Shown here: positions 21,101 to 28,664 of the stretch, one piece after another
How the letters are laid out: every line of letters begins with the position of its first letter
How positions within the stretch are numbered: the first letter of the stretch is position 1
IMG/VR virus record: IMGVR_UViG_3300021335_000022
Span: 1 to 54,656 of that record
DNA from: a virus
Taxonomy: Duplodnaviria; Caudoviricetes
Direction: 5' to 3' (one strand)
DNA length: 54,656 bases
The notes under the pieces: model-generated
What the model saw: only the letters and a program-made list of their open reading frames with translations
Databases searched by the model: none
What the model was told of the DNA's origin: nothing
Program-made: the position numbers and the translations under genes

Positions 21101-24100
21101 AAAACAAGTTAAAGTTTACAAAACAACTTCAGAACCATTTAATATTATTGGTACTGCATCAGCTAATAATAGAGTGTTTTATGACGCTGGAGAATTTACA
21201 CAGTTGTACGATAATATGCCAGTATACCTAAGTGCAGATATTGGAGGACTGACAGCGGCAACTCTTTACTATGTTGTATTCTTTGACGGTAGTTCGTTAG
21301 AATTAAGTACATCCGAAGGTGGCGCAGCAGAAACACTTACAAACTCTTCAGATAATGTTAAAATGTATGAAGCTGGTTGGGATCATATTATTCCAGGTAC
21401 TCCAATTGCAGCAGGCTTAGACCTAACAACAGGTTATAGAATTGAAGCAGCAATTGATTATACAGAACCAGGATTTACAGCAGTTGATCAAACAATGGCA
21501 ACAGCTAACATTAATTACGGTGCCCATACATATGCAGACAATAAATTTATTGCTCTACAGGACGGCGGGACAGCAACTAACATATCAACAGATGGTAAAA
21601 CTTGGACAGCAGGTGGCACATTGCCAGTATCCGGTAGTTGGACTAAAGTAGCATACGGAGGCGGCCAAGGCGCAACTGCAACAGCTATTGTTGGAGGATT
21701 AGGCGGATCTGGCGCTATATTAGAAGCAGAACTAGGCGAACTTAACAGCATTGGTTTACCAGGACCGACACAGATTGCTAGAGTAAATGTTGTAAATGGT
21801 GGACGCGGCTATGTAACTGCTCCGACTATTGTGTTTACAGCAGTACAAGGTGGCGGCGGCGCAAGTGCTGTTGCTACAGTTAAAGACGGTATTATTCAAG
21901 AAATTATTATTACAAGTACTGGTGCAGGTTATGCAGCAGCACCAACAGTAACAGCAGAAACAGACAAAGTTACTGAAATTATTGTTAATAGTTTTGGTAG
22001 AGGATATTTAAATGTTCCAACTATCACATTGACAGGTGGCGGAGCAAGCACACAAGCAAGTGCTACAGCAACAATTAATAATCAAGGTCTTGCAACAGTT
22101 ACTATCGATGTAGACGGAGATGACAATCCATTACGCGGTGAAGGATATACAAGTGCTCCAGAAGTAGTAATTACTGATAACAATGCAGGGTGGGTAGCAA
22201 TTTCTGAAGGTACTGCAAACAATGCATTCCTTGCAGCAGGTCAAACAGCAGCTACAAACTGGACAGGTGGATCTCCACTACCAGGTACTGCACACAATGA
22301 CATTGCTTATGGTAATGGTACTTGGGTAGCAGTAGGCGGCGACGGCAATGGTGGCGCAGCGACATCAACAGATGGTAGTGCTTGGGTGTCAAGAACAATT
22401 ACAACACTTGCAAGCGGTACTGACGAATTTATCGGAGTTGCGTATAACGGCATAAACTTTGTTGCAATTTCACAAAGTGATGAATCAGCAGTAAGTTCAA
22501 ACGGTATTACTTGGACAGCAGGTGGCGCACTTCCTACAGCAGTAGGTGATTGGGTAGCAATTGAATATGGTAACGGAAGATTTGTTGCTATTGCTACTAC
22601 AGGAGAAGTTGCAGTAAGTACCGATAATGGAACTAATTGGAGAGCTTCAAATGCAGGACTTGTAAATATTACAGACCCAACATTCTGGACAAACATTGGA
22701 TACGGTCAAGGTTTATTTGTAGCAGTAGGTGAAAACGTAATTGCTACAAGCCAATACGGATTAGATTGGAGCAGACGCTTTATTGATGGCACTGCTGAAA
22801 AATGGTATGGTGTTGCATTTGGTAACCCAGACAATGATCCGATTTGGTCAATTGGTAACGGACCGAGTGCAGCTACTCAAGGTTTACAACTAAGACTTAA
22901 AACTGGTGCAAAAGCATTTGGTAGATGTTTAGATGAAGATGGTTCTATAACAAGTATTAGACTTGCAGAACCAGGAAGTGGTTATCCTTGTGGTACAATT
23001 CTAAGCACAACTGCACCAAATACACTAGAAGTAAGTAGCTCAGATAATTTAAGACTAAATCAACCAATTGTATTTGAAGGAGTTAGCACCGGTTCTTCAG
23101 CAGGCGGCAGCGGCGGTGGCAGTGGCGGCGGTGGCTACAGCATATCAAATGTTGGCACTGGCACAGATACTACTGCAACCCCGATAGGATTAGATACAGA
23201 AACAGTTTATTATATTAAGTCAATTGTTGGTACAAATATTACTATTAGTTTAATTAAAGGCGGAGATGCATTTGATATTAGTACGGTAGATGCAGCGGAT
23301 ATTGGAGATGTATACTTTAAGGCAGGACCTGAAGTGACAATTACAGATCCTAATTCTACAATTCCTGCAGCAGTTTGGCCAAGACTTAGAGACGGAGCAT
23401 TAGCTAACCCAACCTTTACTAACAGAGGTACAGGCTATACAACTGCAACTGCTGAACTAGCAGGTGACGGTAGTGCAGACTTATATCAACCGGCAACATT
23501 TATTGCAGTACGAGGACTGTTCGAATTACCAGAACCTGGATCAAACGTTGAATTTGCGAACATTCCAAACGCTTGGTATAAACTTGTTACAATTAGTAAT
23601 GTTATTGGTCAACCAGGCAGCTATACGGCAACATTCCAAATTAGTCCAGGACTAACAGTATTAAATGCACCAAAAGACGGAATACGCCTTACTACAACTA
23701 ATAAGTATTCACAAGTACGTCTAACAGGACACGACTTCTTGTATATTGGTACAGGAAACCAAGCTAAGACAAATTATCCGTTTGTTGATATTACAACAGC
23801 GTATATTGAAGCTCAGCAACTAAGTTCGGGCGGTGGTAGAGTGTTCTTTACAAGTACTGACCAAGACGGTAACTTTAACGTTGGTGGCTTGTTTGGAGTT
23901 CAGCAGTCCACAGGTACTGCGACATTGGATGCTGACGCATTTAACTTAGCAGGCTTGCAGTCATTGCAGCTTGGCGGTATTGCAGTTGGTATTGGATCAG
24001 CTGTTATTACACAATTTAGTACTGACCCGTTCTTTACTGAAAACAGTGACAACATTGTTCCAACGCAACGTGCAATTAAATCATATATTACTGCACAAAT

Positions 24101-24275
24101 TGGTGGTGGACAATCAAGTCTAAACGTTAACACACTAACAGCAGGTGTAATATTCATTGCAAACGATGAAATCACTACTACCAGTGGAGGACAGCTAAAT
24201 ATTAAAGCTAAAATGAACTTTACAGGCGGTATTGACGGAGCTCCAGTAGCACTTGGATACTTCTTAAGCAGATAA
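12174..24275 (+). CDS. Giant virion fibre/appendage protein (4033 aa), paralog of 4245..12140, with an inserted array of phycobiliprotein-like helical repeats
   Basis: Same N-terminus (EFK..R.RF.W.G.W), CBM-like repeats, GDELR/RNMTV, S.DG..W repeats, STDQDGNF; GGAG SD; ~12 helical repeats. Confidence 0.8.
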   Translation: MAEFKLGRIRFVWQGDWSASRAYVADDVVSFGGKSYICIKNHTSSTDFQTDFTDAIPKWDIVSDGTSWQGDWQPEFTYAPGDVVKYGSLVYIAETGHTSATFAAPDYLGLEADLDKWTPFATSFDWKGDWTINTRFKINDLVKYGGYVYLCNTAHVSSATVALGLEADQSKWTLFTEGLNYLGDWTTAVRYKVNDVVKYGGNVFIAITPHTSTGFVADEANWAVFIEGFQFEDSWDNSTNYQIGDTVTYGGYVYVAKTNNSNAQPTASPDDWDVFTTGFAFQGDWSSLDSYKVGDVVRVGGTTYVAIADSTDEVPPNASFWSRLNSGINWTQSTESYSQLSGTNAAGGSGSGARFDVTRSKTVYTVSVSTGFAGSGYAENDVITISGADIGGVTPANDLVVTVTAVDGGAVDTITHTGYSSSWIAGRTYNVGDVAIYGASSFIVTATHTSETANRPDNDLDASYWNLLTLGSEALALEVEGDLVYYGNQGPTRLPIGVDGQILRATGGFPDWANYGLIDNVIYVGPLGTDVPAPDSGLTIDKPFKSVGYALNQIKLGYLNPQTRDILKHNKQFMLKEITNWLKYTYSIVVTSTSAGTRRFTCASTENLQDNQPIVFTGEVFGGVVAGKTYYIDSIINSSEFRISETPAGVSFIPTDATGQMNGDLAYDEVKCERDTGLIIDALIYDVSRGGTLKTTEATKSYYTEAGNEYISSNLGFQREQTVRAYQQLKSLVQTVVANQTPVNFQSLTNIEHGFRAQQVVDFTLTAEDDGKTKLNTLMDIVIDGIEAESNTAIALPVLPNTTVFIKTGTYNEILPMILPEYTAVVGDELRTSVVQPKPADELLSSDKAKTTSALNRIKDISSELIQNVAVTPTVGNTTPQGYVNGYGGNTEGTNRINNGIEVTQDVLRTGLSIVDTMPAVGPAPTGGTGNASDAGYSNAVAQIEANYQFIKDEITAWIAVQVAGPIAPFAGSFTYNADKWNEYIEYTLDALRYDVTYGGNFQTTVQARSFFVDGSPAYAAGEKEELLATFAHLKTIVGDVITETAITPSAGNSTTQDTDGTAGSAAAETFAETLVQEIYDTIDTDGTLASEVTPDTSWISTSLTTWRSEIDTKKSEIQISVIDYINSNFGDFDYDSGSCRRDSTILLTSSAYDTALGTNFNSIRDGLAYRRQMGINVIQNQLTQTVGTITAERDLAVALISDSVAITRNTAYWNEVIDIVQNGTASADVISWSNPGVNTDKTTARESIQTNRTTIINALTSWINTNYPNLNYSQEICERDTGRVLDAVSYDIQYGGNSASYEAAKAYFEGYAETLPVSQRDASVAAFEQLSIITQGYITSAPEQAEANTLISIVSKAIEAGTLVALPTKTYPDYTWAAAAIEADADTLLADTTVVPATLQYVTDNYSTFEYNHTKCSRDIGYIVDGLEYDLLFNSTFNSLKSGMAYHRGLTSTDFVLAQQLEPSLAALDVVREEIKEITTGTQDVKDSIETIIDILVNDTNPSSYTITDPPNYDTGFFNARRLVVANKQFIIDEAEAYLVDNYNAVWTALTTAEQTEWLEEVGETVDSLRYDLTYRGNLETIVTARRYYVDNLFVKPAEDKAAFLALHVRLADIIDDIATGSAITRSASNVNTQDVSGTAGSVGAGAFALDRITEIKNTIDTGLLPALITPSVAFVDSELQNLKKSIDARVENIKTGAIAYIDQVYPSLTYDKVKCARDVGYIVDAITYDILFESDFRSSQAGLAYRRGITSTDYVLNNQLNATVQTIEFIEEQLLELTIGQYAEEGSRESSNKAYDLTIGMQTIVQNGLEALPPTVYPTHDEWGTDEYANTAYASASNTTGNTETFNHAVDRIVANHAFIRDEVRHWLEDPTNGYDTFWSGLTTASQDACIRDVGYILDSTRYDMIYGGNTQSLVTGSAYFVNFVLTIDSSEIGATIAAYGRLKTVLGEVIAGTTVTTSPGVTEVQDTSGSSGNAATVEFAQDRVDDVLDWINNSGPNATIDIATDWSENAYTNSYNQLVARKNEIVEDVVYWVEKFYQELKYNQDTCRRDTGLMVDAIARDVLTGSNFATTKAGMAYYRQTTSAKAVINDQLKATVGSIQFLAEKVKRVAATNPTAAVELIIDDINAYINGGEQPTPKWCATESSDANDVAASSIIWENKKYITAEVIEFIAQNSPTLTYNVEDKKQEISNVIDALRYDLTYGSSSATVDAGNYYYPNGQDSFIMSEEEKQATLDAYDYMKQIVSGLAVNSVTSPGAIQDVETPVLRDSLQITGNAGSVTKVEELMTSLYNVLRDQTNVEEIVVTDITSNVLTSGTHNLKLGDTITFSGLNDGTIYNVKTTPTGTTFTVSEYFNGPTASFADQPGTLIPGYPSRNANLTDVNATIRQQFTNLTGSLDAIKTSVTEYIVENYPTLVYDNNAAQANVADIVDAVGRDMMSNTNYLTNNIAKSYFYDFNPKLIGNNTNATVQTYRELKNKIATYVNGSSLALKRTNNLMDIIIHMIDKGNGQTPEINGTMTYFNDRETINAVDVLKANRNFLASEAVAWINANYGGTVNDINGSPGTLTFTAAHNLVVGDPVVFDSNAFGGAVAGTTYWVTNVPSTTTIEVSDSKGGEALTFDGGAGSSVVTYKLNEEQHRAYIIRYIDSIVYDLQYPGNHKSWKSAELYLNAINGSLRSDMYHVRNATGVRNMTVNGLRGNLTELNNFGTRRPTAGSYVSLDPGFGPWDTEAWVTNKSCYVQNVTTFGVGCVGCKIDGALHAGGNRSIVSNDFTQVLSDGIGVWCSGNNSLTELVSVFAYYNYSGYLADFGGRIRATNGNSSYGTYGVIAEGTDTGENPIYAEVDNLSQDALISNVITDGEEQVLRFEYSNAGRDYTNAEIAISGAGFNAAVIQDEFRDQAVIETRLIDLDDNNGTGGDDYVSAQNVAQGGDTVSATIAATDTALGGAYVGMNIQLTAGTGVGQFGRIISFNNGTKQVKVYKTTSEPFNIIGTASANNRVFYDAGEFTQLYDNMPVYLSADIGGLTAATLYYVVFFDGSSLELSTSEGGAAETLTNSSDNVKMYEAGWDHIIPGTPIAAGLDLTTGYRIEAAIDYTEPGFTAVDQTMATANINYGAHTYADNKFIALQDGGTATNISTDGKTWTAGGTLPVSGSWTKVAYGGGQGATATAIVGGLGGSGAILEAELGELNSIGLPGPTQIARVNVVNGGRGYVTAPTIVFTAVQGGGGASAVATVKDGIIQEIIITSTGAGYAAAPTVTAETDKVTEIIVNSFGRGYLNVPTITLTGGGASTQASATATINNQGLATVTIDVDGDDNPLRGEGYTSAPEVVITDNNAGWVAISEGTANNAFLAAGQTAATNWTGGSPLPGTAHNDIAYGNGTWVAVGGDGNGGAATSTDGSAWVSRTITTLASGTDEFIGVAYNGINFVAISQSDESAVSSNGITWTAGGALPTAVGDWVAIEYGNGRFVAIATTGEVAVSTDNGTNWRASNAGLVNITDPTFWTNIGYGQGLFVAVGENVIATSQYGLDWSRRFIDGTAEKWYGVAFGNPDNDPIWSIGNGPSAATQGLQLRLKTGAKAFGRCLDEDGSITSIRLAEPGSGYPCGTILSTTAPNTLEVSSSDNLRLNQPIVFEGVSTGSSAGGSGGGSGGGGYSISNVGTGTDTTATPIGLDTETVYYIKSIVGTNITISLIKGGDAFDISTVDAADIGDVYFKAGPEVTITDPNSTIPAAVWPRLRDGALANPTFTNRGTGYTTATAELAGDGSADLYQPATFIAVRGLFELPEPGSNVEFANIPNAWYKLVTISNVIGQPGSYTATFQISPGLTVLNAPKDGIRLTTTNKYSQVRLTGHDFLYIGTGNQAKTNYPFVDITTAYIEAQQLSSGGGRVFFTSTDQDGNFNVGGLFGVQQSTGTATLDADAFNLAGLQSLQLGGIAVGIGSAVITQFSTDPFFTENSDNIVPTQRAIKSYITAQIGGGQSSLNVNTLTAGVIFIANDEITTTSGGQLNIKAKMNFTGGIDGAPVALGYFLSR
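13880..20190 (+). repeat. Array of ~12 helical repeats, consensus N..FI..E...[WY]...Y...C.RD.G.I[VL]DA..YD..YGGN...A...Y...AT
   Basis: Cys codons of C-x-R-D at 14187, 15591, 16005, 16422, 17322, 17847, 18321. Degenerate copies near 15110, 16850, 18730, 19440, 20090. Confidence 0.85.
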
Positions 24276-24291
24276 ATGGAGATAAAATAAA

Positions 24292-24612
24292 ATGGCAACA
24301 GGAAGATTAGGAGTACAGGATCTAACAGCTAATACCGACGTAACTGTGTATACAGTACCGGTTGGTAGTTACGCTGTTGCGAATGTATCAATTACAAATA
24401 GAAATGCAACTTCGATTTCAATGAAGTTAGCAATGGCAACAACATCAACGCCAAACGATGAAGAATGGATTGAGTGGAATACAGTTATTATTCCAAACGG
24501 TGTGTTTGAACGTACAGGCTTAGTTATGCAAGGCGGACTAAATATAGTAGCTAATGTAAATTCAAATGACGTAGGAATTACAGTTTACGGCATTGAAACT
24601 TCAACTACGTAA
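24292..24612 (+). CDS. Small beta-rich virion protein, paralog of 3432..3761
   Basis: 106 aa, GGAG SD, directly follows a giant fibre gene as its paralog does. Confidence 0.7.
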   Translation: MATGRLGVQDLTANTDVTVYTVPVGSYAVANVSITNRNATSISMKLAMATTSTPNDEEWIEWNTVIIPNGVFERTGLVMQGGLNIVANVNSNDVGITVYGIETSTT

Positions 24613-24632
24613 TTTGACAGGGGAAAATATAA

Positions 24633-26852
24633 ATGGCACGTTATAATACAGCACCACAGACACTAGAAGTTACAGGAGAAACAGAATTTACCTATGCATT
24701 TACAGGTGGGATTATTAGTTTAACTGGTACTCCTGGCTACGAAGTGACAATGGTAAGTCCAGTGTTTTTCCCAGGAAGTAGACAAACATTTTATAATGCT
24801 ACTGCGGATATGATCACATTGACAACCGCAGCAGGACAAATTACTGGTAACGGTGTTACACTTGGAACATCAGTAGACATTCCAACAAACTCTACATATC
24901 AATTAACATCAGACGGCACAAACTACGTTCTAACAAGTGCGTTAGCAGGTACAACAGTATTTGAATTACCGTTAACAACAAATGACGTACTAAACGCAGA
25001 CGGTAAAGTAGAACTAAATCCTTTAGATAATAATGTAGAAATTAAACCAACAGGTTCGGGTACAGTTGATATCAGCCCTCAAAGTTCTGTCTCCATTCAG
25101 CCAGGGGCAACGGCTACTATTCGACCTACAGCTGATTTAATTTTAGCATCTGCATCAGGTACAGTTACACTAGGCGAAGTTGGAAAAGCATTAGTACTAC
25201 CAGGTAATTTAGATTTTACAGCAGCAGGACAAATAATTAATTTAGCACCAACTGGATCTAGTTCATCTGTTACTATTGACCCAGGCGGTGATACAATAAT
25301 TGGCGCAGGTGGCACACTTACTATTAGCTCAGATACACTAGGTAATATGAGCAATGTAAGAATTGGTGCAAGTAATCCTGCACAAGCAAACTTTACAAGT
25401 TTAGGCGCAACAGGTGCAGTAACATTCACTGCTAACACAGCATCGTCTAGCACGACATCAGGAACACTAGTTGTTACAGGTGGACTAGGAGTAAGTGGCG
25501 CAATTTACGGTGGTAGTTTACAAAGTACTCCAATTGGTAATTCAGCTCGTAGCTCGGGTGCGTTTACTTCACTAACATCAAACGGCGCAACAACATTTAC
25601 TGCTAACACAGCAGCAACAAACACCACAACAGGTACACTAGTTGTAACAGGCGGTATTGGCGCAAGTGGTGCAATTTATGCAGGAAGTATTCAAAACACT
25701 CCAATTGGTAGCTCAACTGCCAACAGTGGTGCATTTACAAGTTTAACAGCAAATTCTACTGTAGACTTTACAGGAACTACTGACGCTACTAATAACTCAG
25801 GCGACACAGGTACATTACGTTGTGAAGGCGGTGCAAGTATTGCCAAGCGTGTTTATTCAGGAGGCGGCTTTGTAGGTCCAATTGGTAACGTATCTCGCAG
25901 CACAGGTCAGTTTACAAGTTTAAGTGCAACTAGCACAGTAGGATTTAGTCCTGCAAATGCTAACGTAACAATTTCACCAAGTGGTACTGGTACAGTTACA
26001 ATGTCACCAGCAGGCGGTGGCTCAATTAACAATATGTCAATTGGTGCAACTACGAGAAGTACTGCACGATTCACAAGTTGTGATGTTAGTGGTAACTTAG
26101 ATGTTGCACGTTATATTAGACACACAGGCGATACTAATACGTATATTGACTTTGAAGGCGATACAGTAAGTATATACGCAGGTGGAAGTAGAGAAGTTAC
26201 AATTAATACTACAGGTGTACGTTTAGGTGACACAGGTAATGCATATATACAACCAGTAAGTGGCAACTATGGTTCACTCCAAATTGACGGTGGAGCACAC
26301 GGTGGTTGGGAAGGCTTAAACATTGGTGGCCGTTTTGTAATGATGCACGACAATTCAAATACAATGGGCCTTTACAATGACGTAGATAACCACTGGATTT
26401 TAGAACACAGTCGTAATGCTTGGACAAGATTGTATTACGATAGTGGTAATAAATTCGAAACACGAAGTGATGGCGCACAGACAAACGGCATTCATTACGC
26501 AACTGGTAATATTATTTCAAATACTTCAGATGCTAGACTTAAGACTAACATCGAAAACATACCAAACGCACTAGAAAAAGTGCTATCACTTAATGGTGTA
26601 ACATACAACTGGAATGAAAAGACTCCAGCAGAATTTAGTAAAGACAAAACAGAAGTTGGTTTAATTGCACAAGAAGTTGAAGCAGTGCTTCCTGAAATTA
26701 TACATAATGCACCGTTTGATAGAGACGAAGCAGACGTAAGTATTTCAGGTGAAGATTATAAAACATTGCAGTACGAAAGAGTTGTTCCTTTACTTGTAGA
26801 GGCAATTAAAGAATTAAAACAGGAAATAAATAGTTTAAAGGGAGATGCATAA
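24633..26852 (+). CDS. Tail fibre protein with C-terminal intramolecular chaperone (peptidase S74) domain
   Basis: SDARLKTNI...GLIAQEVE.VLPE...Y..VVPLLVEAIKEL from ~26526; Ser/Thr/Gly-rich shaft with GTLVVTGG.G.SG repeats. Confidence 0.88.
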   Translation: MARYNTAPQTLEVTGETEFTYAFTGGIISLTGTPGYEVTMVSPVFFPGSRQTFYNATADMITLTTAAGQITGNGVTLGTSVDIPTNSTYQLTSDGTNYVLTSALAGTTVFELPLTTNDVLNADGKVELNPLDNNVEIKPTGSGTVDISPQSSVSIQPGATATIRPTADLILASASGTVTLGEVGKALVLPGNLDFTAAGQIINLAPTGSSSSVTIDPGGDTIIGAGGTLTISSDTLGNMSNVRIGASNPAQANFTSLGATGAVTFTANTASSSTTSGTLVVTGGLGVSGAIYGGSLQSTPIGNSARSSGAFTSLTSNGATTFTANTAATNTTTGTLVVTGGIGASGAIYAGSIQNTPIGSSTANSGAFTSLTANSTVDFTGTTDATNNSGDTGTLRCEGGASIAKRVYSGGGFVGPIGNVSRSTGQFTSLSATSTVGFSPANANVTISPSGTGTVTMSPAGGGSINNMSIGATTRSTARFTSCDVSGNLDVARYIRHTGDTNTYIDFEGDTVSIYAGGSREVTINTTGVRLGDTGNAYIQPVSGNYGSLQIDGGAHGGWEGLNIGGRFVMMHDNSNTMGLYNDVDNHWILEHSRNAWTRLYYDSGNKFETRSDGAQTNGIHYATGNIISNTSDARLKTNIENIPNALEKVLSLNGVTYNWNEKTPAEFSKDKTEVGLIAQEVEAVLPEIIHNAPFDRDEADVSISGEDYKTLQYERVVPLLVEAIKELKQEINSLKGDA
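25390..25930 (+). repeat. ~57-aa tandem repeats in the tail fibre shaft (about 3 copies)
   Basis: FTSL...GA.TFTANTA...TT.GTLVVTGG.G.SGAIY.GS.Q.TPIG.S...SGA repeated. Confidence 0.8.
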
Positions 26853-27716
26853 ATGGCAACTTGTTTATATAATGACGGCATTAGATTTCCAGACGGTACT
26901 TGCCAGAGAACACAGGGCCAGGCACCGGGCGGATTATTCCAATGCTATAATACTTGCTTAGTATGTAACGGCACACACAGATGTAGAGCACACTGTGGTC
27001 GCTGCGGATGTTGGTTTGCGTGTACTTGTGCAACTGCTATTACATTTGAAGTATGGAGCGGCGGCGGTTCAGGATCTGGACACTGCTGTTACGGTTGTCG
27101 ATGCGATATGGCAAACTGTGCCTCATTTGGAGGATATTACGGTAAAAAAACAATTAGAAGAATTGACGGACAGTTTAACCCAGGATGTTGTTATACATTC
27201 TGTGTAGGATCTGGAGGCAACGGAACATCAAACAATGGTTGTGGATGTTTTACTGCTTGCTGTCAGGGACCTAGAGGATGTTCTAGTTGGTGGAGCGGTG
27301 CAGGACTATGTTGTACTTGTATGCCAGGAGGACTAGGAGCATATGTAAGATATTGTACTTGTAAGTGTATGAGTATGGCAAACAGAACAGAAGGTTTTTG
27401 TAACCTTGGTATTTGTATTGGATGTAAATGGGACTTTGCAGACACAGGCGGTGAACCAGAATGGGACAAATCAGACAGTGGTTGTCAGTGCTGGGATAGA
27501 ACACAATCAACGGCTCCGTCGTATATGCTAAACAACAGACACACATATTATATGGCCAACAGTAGAACATACTGTGGATGTGCAAGTTGTTGTAGAGGAT
27601 TTAGACTTATTGCAATGGGTGGTATGAGTAATATGAAATCTTGGTGCGGTAACTTTATTTGTTTCTGTCGAGGAACACCTGGTATGCCGGGTATGGTCAG
27701 AGTAACTTGGAGTTAA
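26853..27716 (+). CDS. Cys- and Gly-rich adhesin-like protein (probable fibre tip)
   Basis: About 42 Cys in 287 aa; Gly-rich-domain framework FEVWSGGGSG...GGY..K...YTFCVG.GG...G.PGMVRVTW; GGGAG SD; abuts the fibre gene. Confidence 0.7.
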   Translation: MATCLYNDGIRFPDGTCQRTQGQAPGGLFQCYNTCLVCNGTHRCRAHCGRCGCWFACTCATAITFEVWSGGGSGSGHCCYGCRCDMANCASFGGYYGKKTIRRIDGQFNPGCCYTFCVGSGGNGTSNNGCGCFTACCQGPRGCSSWWSGAGLCCTCMPGGLGAYVRYCTCKCMSMANRTEGFCNLGICIGCKWDFADTGGEPEWDKSDSGCQCWDRTQSTAPSYMLNNRHTYYMANSRTYCGCASCCRGFRLIAMGGMSNMKSWCGNFICFCRGTPGMPGMVRVTWS

Positions 27717-27720
27717 CAAT

Positions 27721-28533
27721 ATGGCAAAAATAGATTTAAAAACAAACTTAGGTGTAGACATTGACGAAATTGAGTTGACCGACGAATACGGCACTGAATG
27801 GATCAAAGTTGAATACAGCTATGAATGTCCCAACAGCAACTATTTAGAAGGTTGGGACGATACTGATACTATAGACACAGTTTACATAGGACCAAAATAC
27901 CTATACTTTTATGCTAACAAAGAAGACGGATCGTTTGAACGTGTATATAGAGAACACGAACTGCAAGCTGCTGATCTAGAACCAGATCCAGAAACTTCTT
28001 TGATTAAATTTGACTGTGAGACTGATCCATTGGCAGCAGAAGTGTTAAGTGACTATCACAATAACTTTATGGATGCAGACGAATACGAACACGAAGTTGG
28101 TATGAAAATTATTGAATCTCCAGAAGGGTACGAAAATTTTGATTATCCTTATCCAATTCATCCAGATGAATTGTATTGCGATCAACGTAGCTATTGGAAC
28201 TTTGATGAGAAAAAAATTGTATTAGTAAAAATGGTTAACGAAGACTGGATCGGAAAGGCGACACCGTGGGCAGAAATTAGAATAGAAAGAGATATTCTAT
28301 TAAGAAACACAGACTCTTTATATATGACTTTTAAGGCTATGGACCCAGAAGGCGAAAAAACTTTAGAACTTGAAAAATATCGTCAACTACTACGAGATAT
28401 GCCACAGGCATTCGAAGGCACTGATATTCCCCTAATCTTTATCGATTCTATGTATCCAAAAACAAAATTAATCGAATATGATATTACAAGTTATGATGAC
28501 TACAATCCTAATGAAGATCCTAACAACGATTAA
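27721..28533 (+). CDS. Tail fibre assembly chaperone-like protein with acidic N-terminal extension
   Basis: C-terminal W..IR.ERD.LL..TD...YRQ.LRD.PQ motif typical of phage fibre assembly chaperones. Confidence 0.7.
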   Translation: MAKIDLKTNLGVDIDEIELTDEYGTEWIKVEYSYECPNSNYLEGWDDTDTIDTVYIGPKYLYFYANKEDGSFERVYREHELQAADLEPDPETSLIKFDCETDPLAAEVLSDYHNNFMDADEYEHEVGMKIIESPEGYENFDYPYPIHPDELYCDQRSYWNFDEKKIVLVKMVNEDWIGKATPWAEIRIERDILLRNTDSLYMTFKAMDPEGEKTLELEKYRQLLRDMPQAFEGTDIPLIFIDSMYPKTKLIEYDITSYDDYNPNEDPNND

Positions 28534-28552
28534 ATATTAAAAATATAATAAA

Positions 28553-28584
28553 GATAAAAGGCAGTTTACACACTGCCTTTTATC
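28553..28584. terminator. Intrinsic terminator-like hairpin, possibly bidirectional
   Basis: 13-bp perfect stem GATAAAAGGCAGT / ACTGCCTTTTATC with a 6-nt loop, closing the fibre operon. Confidence 0.75.
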
Positions 28585-28624
28585 ATCTTTGCAACCACAT
28601 TTGTAATTCTAATTAATAGTATGC

Positions 28625-28632
28625 TATAAATA
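28625..28632 (+). promoter_or_regulatory. T4-type late promoter TATAAATA
   Basis: Exact T4 gp55 consensus, ending 32 nt upstream of the glycosyltransferase ATG. Confidence 0.7.
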
Positions 28633-28664
28633 TTTTCGTAATTACATAAAGGTACCTAACAACA

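Noticed and set aside
148-27806. Many short minus-strand and alternate-frame ORFs over the fibre genes
   Set aside because: Shadow ORFs of long, codon-biased plus-strand genes; no RBS or recognisable motifs
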